A stretch of DNA of 64,000 nucleotides from Bryobacteraceae bacterium (GTDB taxonomy: Bacteria > Acidobacteriota > Terriglobia > Bryobacterales > Bryobacteraceae). The translations under genes were made by a program, and so were the position numbers. Where the stretch lies: assembly GCA_044226365.1 (NCBI GenBank), contig JBGAHE010000005.1, positions 7,088-71,087 on the forward strand, read 5' to 3'. The notes beneath the pieces are model-generated. The model was not told the DNA's origin, did not search any database, and saw only the letters and a list, made by a program, of their open reading frames with translations. Positions 43,924-52,169 of the stretch are shown piece after piece (the first letter of the stretch is position 1; every line of letters begins with the position of its first letter).

Positions 43924-45858
43924 ATGTCTGAAATCTCGATTACGCTGCCGGACGGCAGCCAAAAATCCATGCCGGCCGGCTCCCGGCCGCTTGACGTCGC
44001 GCTCGCGATCTCCAAGCGTCTCGCCGACGATGCCATCGTCGCCAAAGTGAATGGTGAGCTCTGGGACCTGAATCGCCCTTTCGACGGCGACTCCCAGCTC
44101 CAACTCCTGACGACGAAGGACCCCGAAGCGCTCGACGTCTACCGCCACTCCACCGCCCACCTGCTGGCGGCGGCGGTACTCGAACTCTTCCCGGAGACCA
44201 AGCTCGGCATCGGCCCCTTCATCGAGAACGGCTTCTATTACGACTTCGATCGCCCCACGCCTTTCACCCCCGACGATCTCGAAAAGATCGAGAAGAAGAT
44301 GTGGGAGATCCAGGCCCGCAACCTGCCCTACGAACGCGTCTACACCAAGAAAGTCGACGGCCTCGAAAAATACGCCCACGAGCCGATGAAGGTGGAACTG
44401 ATCACCGAACGCGCCGGCGAGATCTTCTCCGAATACACGCTAGGGCCCCACTTCATCGATTTCTGCCGCGGACCGCACCTGCCTTCCACCGCCAAGATCA
44501 AGGCCTTCAAGCTGCTGAACGTTTCCGGCGCCTACTGGAAGGGCGACGAGAAGCGCCAGCAGTTGCAGCGCATCTATGCCACCGCCTGGTTCACCAAGAA
44601 AGAACAGGACGAGTTCCTCGCGCGCATTGAGGAAGCCAAGAAGCGCGACCATCGCAAGCTCGGCAAGGAACTCGACCTGATCTCGATTCAGGAACTCGCC
44701 GGCCCGGGTCTGATCTTCTTCCATCCGAAGGGCGGCATCATCCGCAAGGCGCTGGAAGACTGGATGCGCGAACAGTACCTCGCGCGCGGCTACTCGCTGG
44801 TTTATACGCCGCATGTCGCCCGGCTCGACCTCTGGAAGACTTCCGGCCACGCGAACTTCTACGCCGACAACATGTTCGTGCCCATGGAGCTCGACGACGC
44901 CACCTACCAGCTCAAGCCGATGAACTGCCCGTTCCACATCCTCATCTACGCGGACCGGCAAAAGAGCTATCGTGACCTCCCCGTGCGTCTCGGCGAACTG
45001 GGCACCGTCTATCGCTACGAACGCAGCGGCACGCTGCATGGCCTGCTTCGCGTCCGCGGCTTCTGCCAGGACGACGCCCATATCTTCTGCCGGCCCGATC
45101 AGGTGGAAGACGAAGTGGTGGGCTGCCTGGAGTTCGCCCGCGACACGCTGACCACCTTCGGCTTCACGCAGTACGAAGCGGAAATCTCCACCTGGGATGG
45201 TGGCGCCTCCGGCAAGTACGACGGTCAGCCTTCGCAGTGGGAGCTAGCCGAAAATGCCCTCAAGCACGCCGTGGATCGCGTGGGCTTGAAAGCCAAAGTG
45301 ATTGCCGATGAAGCCGCATTCTACGGTCCGAAGATCGACGTCAAGCTCGTCGACGCCATCGGCCGCAAGTGGCAGCTTTCCACCGTGCAGTTCGACTTCA
45401 CGCTCCCGCGCCGTTTCGGCCTCGAGTACGTCGGCGAAGACAACAAGAAGCATCAGCCGCTGATGGTGCATCGCGCGCTGTTCGGCTCGGTGGAACGTTT
45501 CTTCGGCATTCTGGTCGAGCACTATGCCGGCGCCTTCCCGTTCTGGCTGGCTCCGGTGCAGGTGGCTGTTTGCCCCATCACGGATCGCCAAAACGAATTC
45601 GCCCACTCGCTGGGCGAGCAACTCAAAGCGGCGGGCATTCGCGTCGAAGTCGATGACCGCAGCGAAAAGGTGAATCTCAAGATTCGCGACGCTCAGATGC
45701 AGAAGATCCCCTTCATGCTCGTCGTGGGCGGCCGCGAAGCCGAGGCCGGCAGCGTCAGTGTCCGCCATCGCAAACATGGCGACCAGGGCGTGGTGCCGAT
45801 CGCCGAGTTCATTGAACGGGCGAAGGCGCTGATCGCGTCGAAGTCGGCCGACGACTAA
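43924..45858 (+). CDS. thrS: Threonine--tRNA ligase
   Basis: 644 aa. TGS-domain N-terminus (ITLPDGS), HSTAHLLA editing-domain motif, and class II motifs (YRYERSG, GFCQDDAHIF, GSVERF). Confidence 0.96.
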   Translation: MSEISITLPDGSQKSMPAGSRPLDVALAISKRLADDAIVAKVNGELWDLNRPFDGDSQLQLLTTKDPEALDVYRHSTAHLLAAAVLELFPETKLGIGPFIENGFYYDFDRPTPFTPDDLEKIEKKMWEIQARNLPYERVYTKKVDGLEKYAHEPMKVELITERAGEIFSEYTLGPHFIDFCRGPHLPSTAKIKAFKLLNVSGAYWKGDEKRQQLQRIYATAWFTKKEQDEFLARIEEAKKRDHRKLGKELDLISIQELAGPGLIFFHPKGGIIRKALEDWMREQYLARGYSLVYTPHVARLDLWKTSGHANFYADNMFVPMELDDATYQLKPMNCPFHILIYADRQKSYRDLPVRLGELGTVYRYERSGTLHGLLRVRGFCQDDAHIFCRPDQVEDEVVGCLEFARDTLTTFGFTQYEAEISTWDGGASGKYDGQPSQWELAENALKHAVDRVGLKAKVIADEAAFYGPKIDVKLVDAIGRKWQLSTVQFDFTLPRRFGLEYVGEDNKKHQPLMVHRALFGSVERFFGILVEHYAGAFPFWLAPVQVAVCPITDRQNEFAHSLGEQLKAAGIRVEVDDRSEKVNLKIRDAQMQKIPFMLVVGGREAEAGSVSVRHRKHGDQGVVPIAEFIERAKALIASKSADD

Positions 45859-45869
45859 CCGGATCCGCG

Positions 45870-45892
45870 GGACGGGCCTTCGGGGCCCGTCC
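45870..45892 (+). terminator. GC hairpin after thrS (possible terminator/attenuator)
   Basis: GGACGGGCC-TTCGG-GGCCCGTCC, followed by TCCTTCT (only a weak U-tract). It ends 8 nt before the next start codon. Confidence 0.4.
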
Positions 45893-45899
45893 TCCTTCT

Positions 45900-47021
45900 A
45901 TGCTCCTGCTGCTCGCCCCACTCCTCATCCTCACCGCCGGCGGCTTTGTTTACCTGCTTCTGATGGCGCTGGCCGCCCGTCGCTTCCTCACCGTCCCCGT
46001 CCCTGCCGCCGCCCCTCAGCCCATCAGCGTGCTGAAGCCGCTGGCCGGCCTCGACCTCGGCCTCGAAAACAACCTTCGCAGCATCTTCACGCAACAGTAT
46101 GACGGCGACTACGAGATTCTCTTCGCGGTCCGCACGCCCGACGACCCCGCCGTACCGCTCGTTACCCGTTTACAGGCTGACTATCCGGAACGTGCCACTC
46201 GGCTCTTATTGGTTGGCGAGCCACCCTATGCGAATGCCAAGGTCTGGAGTCTCGAGCATCTGGTCCGCGAAGCCCGCTACGATTTGCTCGCCATGTGCGA
46301 CTCAGATATCTGGGTCGATCCGCGGTTCCTCGCTACTGTCTCCGCCGAGTTCGCCGACCCCGCCGTTCACCTCGCCACCTGCCCTTACCGCGCCACCGGC
46401 GGACCCAGCGTCTGGAGCCGGTTAGAGGCCTCGGGCCTGAACACCGAATTCATCGGCGGCCTGCTGGTGGCGCGTCTGCTCGAAGGAGTGCGGTTTGCCG
46501 TTGGGCCCACCATCGTCGCCCGCCGCGCCGTGATCGACGCCATCGGCGGCTTCCGCGAACTCAGCCGCTATCTCGCCGAAGACTTTGTCCTGGGGCAACT
46601 CGCCGCCGAAAAAGGCTTTGGCGTGATCCTTTCCCGCTACATCGTCGAGCACCGCATCGGCAGCGAACCTTTGAGCAAGAACTTCGCCCACCGCTTGCGT
46701 TGGAACCGCAGCACGCGCCGGTCGCGGCCGGCGGGCTACGTCGGCCAGGTATTTACCAATCCCCTGCCCTGGGCGGTATTCCTCGGCACGATCTTTCCCG
46801 CCTGGTGGCAGCTGGCTGTCGCGACCATCACGCTGCGGATCGTAGCCGGTTGGTACCTCGCTCACGCGGTACTGCGGGGATCTTGGTCCTGGTTGACGAT
46901 TCCCCAGGACTTCCTTAGTCTGGCCTTTTGGGTCGCCGGTTTCTTCGGCAACACCATTGCGTGGAGAGGCCGTGTGTACGAACTCCACGCGGACGGCACA
47001 TTTACTTTAGTGAAGAGTTAG
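45900..47021 (+). CDS. Family 2/21 glycosyltransferase (ceramide glucosyltransferase / HpnI-like)
   Basis: ISVLKPLAGLD, YEILFAV, CDSDIWV (DxD) and the HRLRWNRS ((Q/R)xxRW-like) motif. N- and C-terminal TM helices. Confidence 0.75.
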   Translation: MLLLLAPLLILTAGGFVYLLLMALAARRFLTVPVPAAAPQPISVLKPLAGLDLGLENNLRSIFTQQYDGDYEILFAVRTPDDPAVPLVTRLQADYPERATRLLLVGEPPYANAKVWSLEHLVREARYDLLAMCDSDIWVDPRFLATVSAEFADPAVHLATCPYRATGGPSVWSRLEASGLNTEFIGGLLVARLLEGVRFAVGPTIVARRAVIDAIGGFRELSRYLAEDFVLGQLAAEKGFGVILSRYIVEHRIGSEPLSKNFAHRLRWNRSTRRSRPAGYVGQVFTNPLPWAVFLGTIFPAWWQLAVATITLRIVAGWYLAHAVLRGSWSWLTIPQDFLSLAFWVAGFFGNTIAWRGRVYELHADGTFTLVKS

Positions 47022-47075
47022 ACCAGACTTTGCACGCTTGCCGATCTGATAACGTCATTAGTAGGGGAGATACCT

Positions 47076-47549
47076 ATGAAGCTGTTGAACCGTGACCGCC
47101 GCCGCCGGGGCTTTTCGCTCGTCGAATTGCTGATCGTTATCGCGATCATCCTCATCATCGCCGCCATCGCCGTGCCGAAACTGACGCGCACGCGCATGTA
47201 CGCCCAGGAAATGGCCGCGATTCGCGCCGTCATCACCGTTCACACCGCTCAAACGCAGTATTATTCCCAGTTCGGTAAGTACGCCACCACCCTCGCGGAG
47301 CTCGGCCCGCCCACCAGCGGCACGCCCGGCCCCCAGTCCGCGGACCTGATCCCGGCCGATCTTTCCGCCGGCAAAAAGGGCGGGTACCTGTTCACCTTGC
47401 AGGCCACCCAGGGCGGTTACCAGGTGAACGCCAATCCCGAGGCCTTCGGCAACTCCGGCAGTCGGACCTTCTTTTCCGACCAGAGTCAGGTGATACGCGA
47501 GAACTACGGGCAGGAGCCGGCCACCGCACAGAGTAAAGCCATCAACTGA
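47076..47549 (+). CDS. Prepilin-type N-terminal cleavage/methylation domain protein (type IV pilin / pseudopilin-like)
   Basis: RRGFSLVELLIVIAIILIIAAIAVP: Gly-Phe cleavage site, Glu at +5, hydrophobic helix. GGGGAGA RBS upstream. Confidence 0.85.
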   Translation: MKLLNRDRRRRGFSLVELLIVIAIILIIAAIAVPKLTRTRMYAQEMAAIRAVITVHTAQTQYYSQFGKYATTLAELGPPTSGTPGPQSADLIPADLSAGKKGGYLFTLQATQGGYQVNANPEAFGNSGSRTFFSDQSQVIRENYGQEPATAQSKAIN

Positions 47550-47893
47550 TGAGTGTCCCGCAACACGCGCAAGGCGTGGCGCTCAAGAAGTTAGAAGAGG
47601 CTTGGCACCGCCTGAGCGAGCGTCCTTATCCGCGCAAGAGTTCCGACCCGGGCGTCGCTGCCCTTTACGACGAGTTGCGTCAGGTGGATGAGGAAATGGC
47701 CGGGCGCCTGCGGGCGCTCATTGCCGGGCAGCCGGTGAATTCCGCGGACTTTGAACCGCCGGCCGACTTCCTTCATCGCTTGCACGACGCCGGCAACGCT
47801 CCTTCTTCGGCATCCACCGAAGCGCTCACCTACATCGACTACGTGCGCGACCTCTATCAGATCCTGCGGCTCGCCCGCCTCATCGCCCGCTAG
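47549..47893 (+). CDS. Hypothetical protein
   Basis: 114 aa, helical-looking, no motif recognised. Its start overlaps the pilin stop (TGATG). Confidence 0.5.
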   Translation: MSVPQHAQGVALKKLEEAWHRLSERPYPRKSSDPGVAALYDELRQVDEEMAGRLRALIAGQPVNSADFEPPADFLHRLHDAGNAPSSASTEALTYIDYVRDLYQILRLARLIAR

Positions 47894-48384
47894 TCGTCCA
47901 GCTTCATCATCCCCACGGAGCGCGCGATCAGTCCGCCAATGGCCCCGAAGCCTGCCCCCAGCGGCGCGCGGAGCAAACCCGCCACGGCGGCATTCCACAC
48001 GTCACGCGCCCCGGCTTCCGAGCGCACATAGTTCGCGACGGTCTGGCCGCTCTTGGCCAGATCAACCGTCGTAAACGGGAACTGCTGCATCCGGTCGGTC
48101 AGGCCGAACGCCACCGTGAACAGCGTGAAGGTGAAGAGCATCGTCCCCACCAGGCCGGTGATCCCTCCCGCCAGCGCCGAGTAGCCCAGTTTCTCACCCG
48201 CAGGCTTGAACGCTTTCATCCCGGCCCAGCCGCACAGATACATGGTCACCAAGCCCAGCACCGTCTGGGCGTAGAGCCACGGGACCCGCTTCAACGTCGT
48301 CATCGTCCCGGCATAAATGTCCAGCATCGAGAGAATGCCAATCACGAGCCCGTAGCGCAAACCAAATTGAAAAGCTGCCTGCAC
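47890..48384 (-). CDS. Hypothetical membrane protein
   Basis: 164 aa, about 4 TM helices. Starts 1 nt after the S46 peptidase stop. Confidence 0.6.
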   Translation of the reverse strand: MQAAFQFGLRYGLVIGILSMLDIYAGTMTTLKRVPWLYAQTVLGLVTMYLCGWAGMKAFKPAGEKLGYSALAGGITGLVGTMLFTFTLFTVAFGLTDRMQQFPFTTVDLAKSGQTVANYVRSEAGARDVWNAAVAGLLRAPLGAGFGAIGGLIARSVGMMKLDD

Positions 48385-48385
48385 C

Positions 48386-50449
48386 TTAGCGCACCAGTTC
48401 CTTCACCAGCGCGTCCGCCCGATAGACCTTGCGTAGCGCCTCTAAAATGCCTTGGCTCGCCACATGGACACTGCGCGCCATCGTGTCCGTAAAGACGAAG
48501 CGGTTCGGCAGTCCTTCCAGGTTCCCGTCGAACAGAATGCCGACCATCTCGGCCTTCGTATTCAGCGTCGGGCTGCCCGAGTTCCCGCCATGCGTATCGT
48601 GCGTGGAGACGAAATTGAACGGCGTCTGCAGGTTTAGCTTATGCTTGGCTTCAATCCAAGAAGGCGGCAAGGCAAAGGGATCCTGCCCGGTCGCCCGCGG
48701 ATACAGCCCAGCGAAGTTCGTCGCCCACGGCACGTTCTCACCTTTGGCATTCTTGTAGCCCAACGTTTGGCCATAGGAAAGGCGGAGCGTAAAGGTGGCA
48801 TCCGGATACTCGCGATCGCCGTATAACGCAAAACGGATCTGCGCGATCCGCGCGGCGGCACCGCGGATTGAAGCCTCCACCTGATCCTCATACTGCTTGC
48901 GAGCCGCCCGCGCCGGGCCATCGAGCGTCAGCATCAGTTGGATCAGCGGATCCTGGGAGTTCTTCACCGCCTCCGCACTCGCCGCCAGACGCTTGCGCTC
49001 AGCGATATCGGCCAGCTTCGTCCCCCCGATGATCGCCACCGCCGCTTCATGCGGGGTGCGGCCGGCCAGCGCCTGCTGCAAGGCCGGGTGACTGGCGCCT
49101 AGCATCTTCGTCGACCAAGCCAGATAGTTTTCCAGCATCGCCGTTTCCAGTCCCGGGGTGATCGGCGCATCCGAGTACATGCGCTGCTCTACTTCGGGCA
49201 GGGCCGTCTCGTTGTACTCGCGCAGCCGCTGTTCGTTGGGCTTCGCTTTCTCCGCCGTATACCGGACGATGTCGCGCGCGATTCCCATCAGGTCGCCGCC
49301 GCTCGACGAACGCTCCAGCACGTAGAACGGCTTCAGCAATGCCCGATAGCGCTCGTACGCCGCCGCGATCTCGTCCCAGGTATTACCGTAGCGCTTCGCC
49401 TTCGCCGGATCGTCGGCCACGGCCTTGCGCAGCTTGCTCTCGTCTTCGCGCTTGCGGGCCATTAGGGCCGGGTCGTGCAGGCCGCCGTCGAACCCCTGAT
49501 ACGCCTTCAGACTATTCAGAATGCTGTTCAGCAGTTCCGTACCGGCACGCTTGTTTTCCGGCGAGGTCGCCATGAAGGCTTCGAGGGCGGCGCGCATGCC
49601 CCGCAGCCGCTCGAGCGTCAACGGGAAGCTGACGTCCCGCTGGAACTCGAGCTCCGTCACTGTCGCCATGCGCCCGGTGGTGCCGGGATGGCCGGACACG
49701 AAAGTCAGTTCCTTATCCTTGGCCCCGGTCCGGGACCAGGGGAAGTAGTGCTGGGGCTTCACCGGGGCGTCGTGATCGTACGCCCGGAAGAAGGCCATAT
49801 CCAGGCAGTAGCGGGGGAACGTGAAGTTGTCCGGGTCCCCGCCGAACGCGGCGATCGCGCTTTCAGGGGCAAACACCAACCGCACGTCGGTGTACTTCTT
49901 GTAGCGGTAGAGATGATATTGGCCGCCAGCATACAGCGTCACCACATCGCAACGCTCGCCGCCCGCCGCCACACACTCTTTCTCCAGGCGGGTCTGCGCT
50001 TCTTTGCGCTTCTGATTGGCTTCGCTCGGGGGCGTCTGCTCGGTCAGCCCGGCATTCACCTTCGCCGTGACGTCCTCGATTTGCTGCAGGATGTTGATTT
50101 CGAGATCCGGGCACCGTTTCTCTTCCGCCCACGTCTTCGCCAGAAAGCCGTTCTTGACATAGTCATTCGCACCAGAGGAGACCTTCTGGATGCAATCCAT
50201 CCCCACGTGGTGATTGGTGAACAGCAGGCCATCGGGCGAAACAAACGAGCCGGACCCACCGTTATTGAAGCGCACCGAGCCCAATTGCAGCTTCCGAAGA
50301 AAGTCGTCCGTCACCGTGAAGCCGTACTTTTTGGCGATCGCCGTCTTGGGAACTTGATTAAAAAGCCATATCCCTTCGTCCGCCTTTAGCCCGGGCGAAG
50401 AAACAGCGACGGCAAGAACCAAACTCGCCAGTGTCGCAAATTTGTTCAT
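48386..50449 (-). CDS. S46-family dipeptidyl-peptidase (DPP7/DPP11-like)
   Basis: GLLFTNHHVG (catalytic His) and HGGNSGSPTLN (catalytic Ser). Signal peptide from the ATG at 50449 (MNKFATLASLVLAVAV). Confidence 0.88.
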   Translation of the reverse strand: MNKFATLASLVLAVAVSSPGLKADEGIWLFNQVPKTAIAKKYGFTVTDDFLRKLQLGSVRFNNGGSGSFVSPDGLLFTNHHVGMDCIQKVSSGANDYVKNGFLAKTWAEEKRCPDLEINILQQIEDVTAKVNAGLTEQTPPSEANQKRKEAQTRLEKECVAAGGERCDVVTLYAGGQYHLYRYKKYTDVRLVFAPESAIAAFGGDPDNFTFPRYCLDMAFFRAYDHDAPVKPQHYFPWSRTGAKDKELTFVSGHPGTTGRMATVTELEFQRDVSFPLTLERLRGMRAALEAFMATSPENKRAGTELLNSILNSLKAYQGFDGGLHDPALMARKREDESKLRKAVADDPAKAKRYGNTWDEIAAAYERYRALLKPFYVLERSSSGGDLMGIARDIVRYTAEKAKPNEQRLREYNETALPEVEQRMYSDAPITPGLETAMLENYLAWSTKMLGASHPALQQALAGRTPHEAAVAIIGGTKLADIAERKRLAASAEAVKNSQDPLIQLMLTLDGPARAARKQYEDQVEASIRGAAARIAQIRFALYGDREYPDATFTLRLSYGQTLGYKNAKGENVPWATNFAGLYPRATGQDPFALPPSWIEAKHKLNLQTPFNFVSTHDTHGGNSGSPTLNTKAEMVGILFDGNLEGLPNRFVFTDTMARSVHVASQGILEALRKVYRADALVKELVR

Positions 50450-50509
50450 TCTATGCACACGATCACGACGCGCAAGCATTCTCATTGCCGACCTCTAAGA
50501 GACTTAAAA

Positions 50510-50524
50510 TCTGTAGGTTACAGA
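50510..50524. promoter_or_regulatory. Inverted repeat in a divergent promoter region (candidate operator)
   Basis: TCTGTA-GGT-TACAGA with imperfect AAAATC/GATTTT extensions, between the S46 peptidase start (50449) and the next gene start (50595). Confidence 0.25.
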
Positions 50525-50594
50525 GGATTTTACCCTCGTCTCCGTTTTGATTATCGCATTCGCTGTGCAATACTGGAATCAAGTCCGGCGCAAA

Positions 50595-51956
50595 ATGAGC
50601 GTGAAAATCCTGGGTGACGCTGTCGCCCGCTATCAAAAAGTCCTGGAGTCGGAAGAGTTCCGAGATCTGGCGTGGGCCGACGACCTCACCAAGAAAATGG
50701 AAGGTAGTCACCTGGTCGTCGGGGGTCGCCCCGTGTCTCCGTTCCTTCGTCCGCACTTCATCACGCGCAAACAGTACGACCACATGGTCAAGGCTTCGGA
50801 GTCGCTCACTTCCGCGATTGACCGCGTCAAGCGCCTCGCCTTAGCCAATCCGCAATTGCTCTCCCGCATGGCTTTGCTGCCTGCCGAGAAGATGCTGGCG
50901 CAGATCGACCCGGGCTATTCGTATCTCGCCGTAACTTCGTTACTCGACACCCACCTCCAGAACGGCCACTTACACTTCAACCAGTATTCGGCCGAGACGC
51001 CTTCTGGCGTCGCGTACGGCGAGTTACTGGGCGACTTGTTCTTTGAAGCAGGCCCGGTCAAAGAGTTCCGTAAAAAGCACTCCCTCAGCAAAGTGGGTGG
51101 CACGAAATTCCTGCTGCAGGCGATCCTGCGCGCCTACAAAGAGTTTGGCGGCAAGAAGAAGCCGAACATCGCCATTCTCGAGTTCCGGCAACCGTTTGCA
51201 AATTTTGAAAGCGGCGAGTATCAGTTGCTCGCGCAGTTGTTCCGCAAACAGGGTTATAACGCCGAAGTCATTTCGCTCGAGCAGCTGGAGTATAAGAACG
51301 GCGTCCTGCGCCGGGGCGATTTCGAGATCGATCTGGTCTACCGCCGGGTGCGTATTTCTGAGTTTTTAGTCCGTTTCGACCTCAACCACGCCTTACTTCG
51401 CGCTTACCGCGAGCGGAAGGTTTGCCTCGTCAATAACTTCCGCGGGGAAGTGGCGCAGAAGAAGGCCATCTTCGACTTACTGACGGACGAAACCGTGACG
51501 GCCAACTTTCCCGCCCTCGAACGCAAAGCGATCCGCGAGTACATCCCGTGGACCCGCGTGGTGGCGAACGCCAAGTCCACCTACCAGGGGAAACCCATCG
51601 ACCTGCCTCAGTTCATCGCGGCCAATCGTGAGCGGCTCATCCTGCGTCCAAACGACGAGCAGACCGATCTGCCCGAAGTTCGCGGCTGGGAGGCCGACGA
51701 CGCGCAATGGGAGCGGGCAGTCCGCCGCGCGACGGCGAATTCTTATGTCGTTCAGGAGCGAGTCGAAGCCGTCCGGGCGTCGTTCCCGGTGCGCACCTAC
51801 GCCGGACTCGACTATCGCGAGATGAACATCGAAGTTCACCCGCATAGCTTCCTGGGCAAGGTCCAGGGCTGCACCACCTGGCTTACCACGCCTTCCGCCA
51901 ATGGCTTCTCCACGGCTTCCGGCTTGGCGCCCACCTTCATACTCGAAGGCAAATAG
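50595..51956 (+). CDS. Conserved hypothetical protein, possibly a circularly permuted / glutathionylspermidine-synthase-like ATP-grasp fold
   Basis: 453 aa from the ATG at 50595 (MSVKILG). Protein-like composition. The fold is suggested only by overall resemblance (IAILEF...YRRVRISEF...LVNNFRGEVAQKKAIFDLL...YVVQERV), with no firm motif. Confidence 0.6.
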   Translation: MSVKILGDAVARYQKVLESEEFRDLAWADDLTKKMEGSHLVVGGRPVSPFLRPHFITRKQYDHMVKASESLTSAIDRVKRLALANPQLLSRMALLPAEKMLAQIDPGYSYLAVTSLLDTHLQNGHLHFNQYSAETPSGVAYGELLGDLFFEAGPVKEFRKKHSLSKVGGTKFLLQAILRAYKEFGGKKKPNIAILEFRQPFANFESGEYQLLAQLFRKQGYNAEVISLEQLEYKNGVLRRGDFEIDLVYRRVRISEFLVRFDLNHALLRAYRERKVCLVNNFRGEVAQKKAIFDLLTDETVTANFPALERKAIREYIPWTRVVANAKSTYQGKPIDLPQFIAANRERLILRPNDEQTDLPEVRGWEADDAQWERAVRRATANSYVVQERVEAVRASFPVRTYAGLDYREMNIEVHPHSFLGKVQGCTTWLTTPSANGFSTASGLAPTFILEGK

Positions 51957-52169
51957 CTCGTAAACCGCCAAAATCGGCGTTCGGCAAAACCCGTTCACAG
52001 CGAATTGAAAATTGCGGTTTTCGTAGTTAACCCCTTTTTTTCCAACATTTAGATTTTCCGGCCTTCCGTCTCACTCAGGGGGAAAACGAGGGTCACCCGT
52101 TACACTCCGGTCAGCTAGGTCGTGCGCGTATCAGGCGCGGCCTCTCACGAACCTAAGGAGTCTTCCGTC

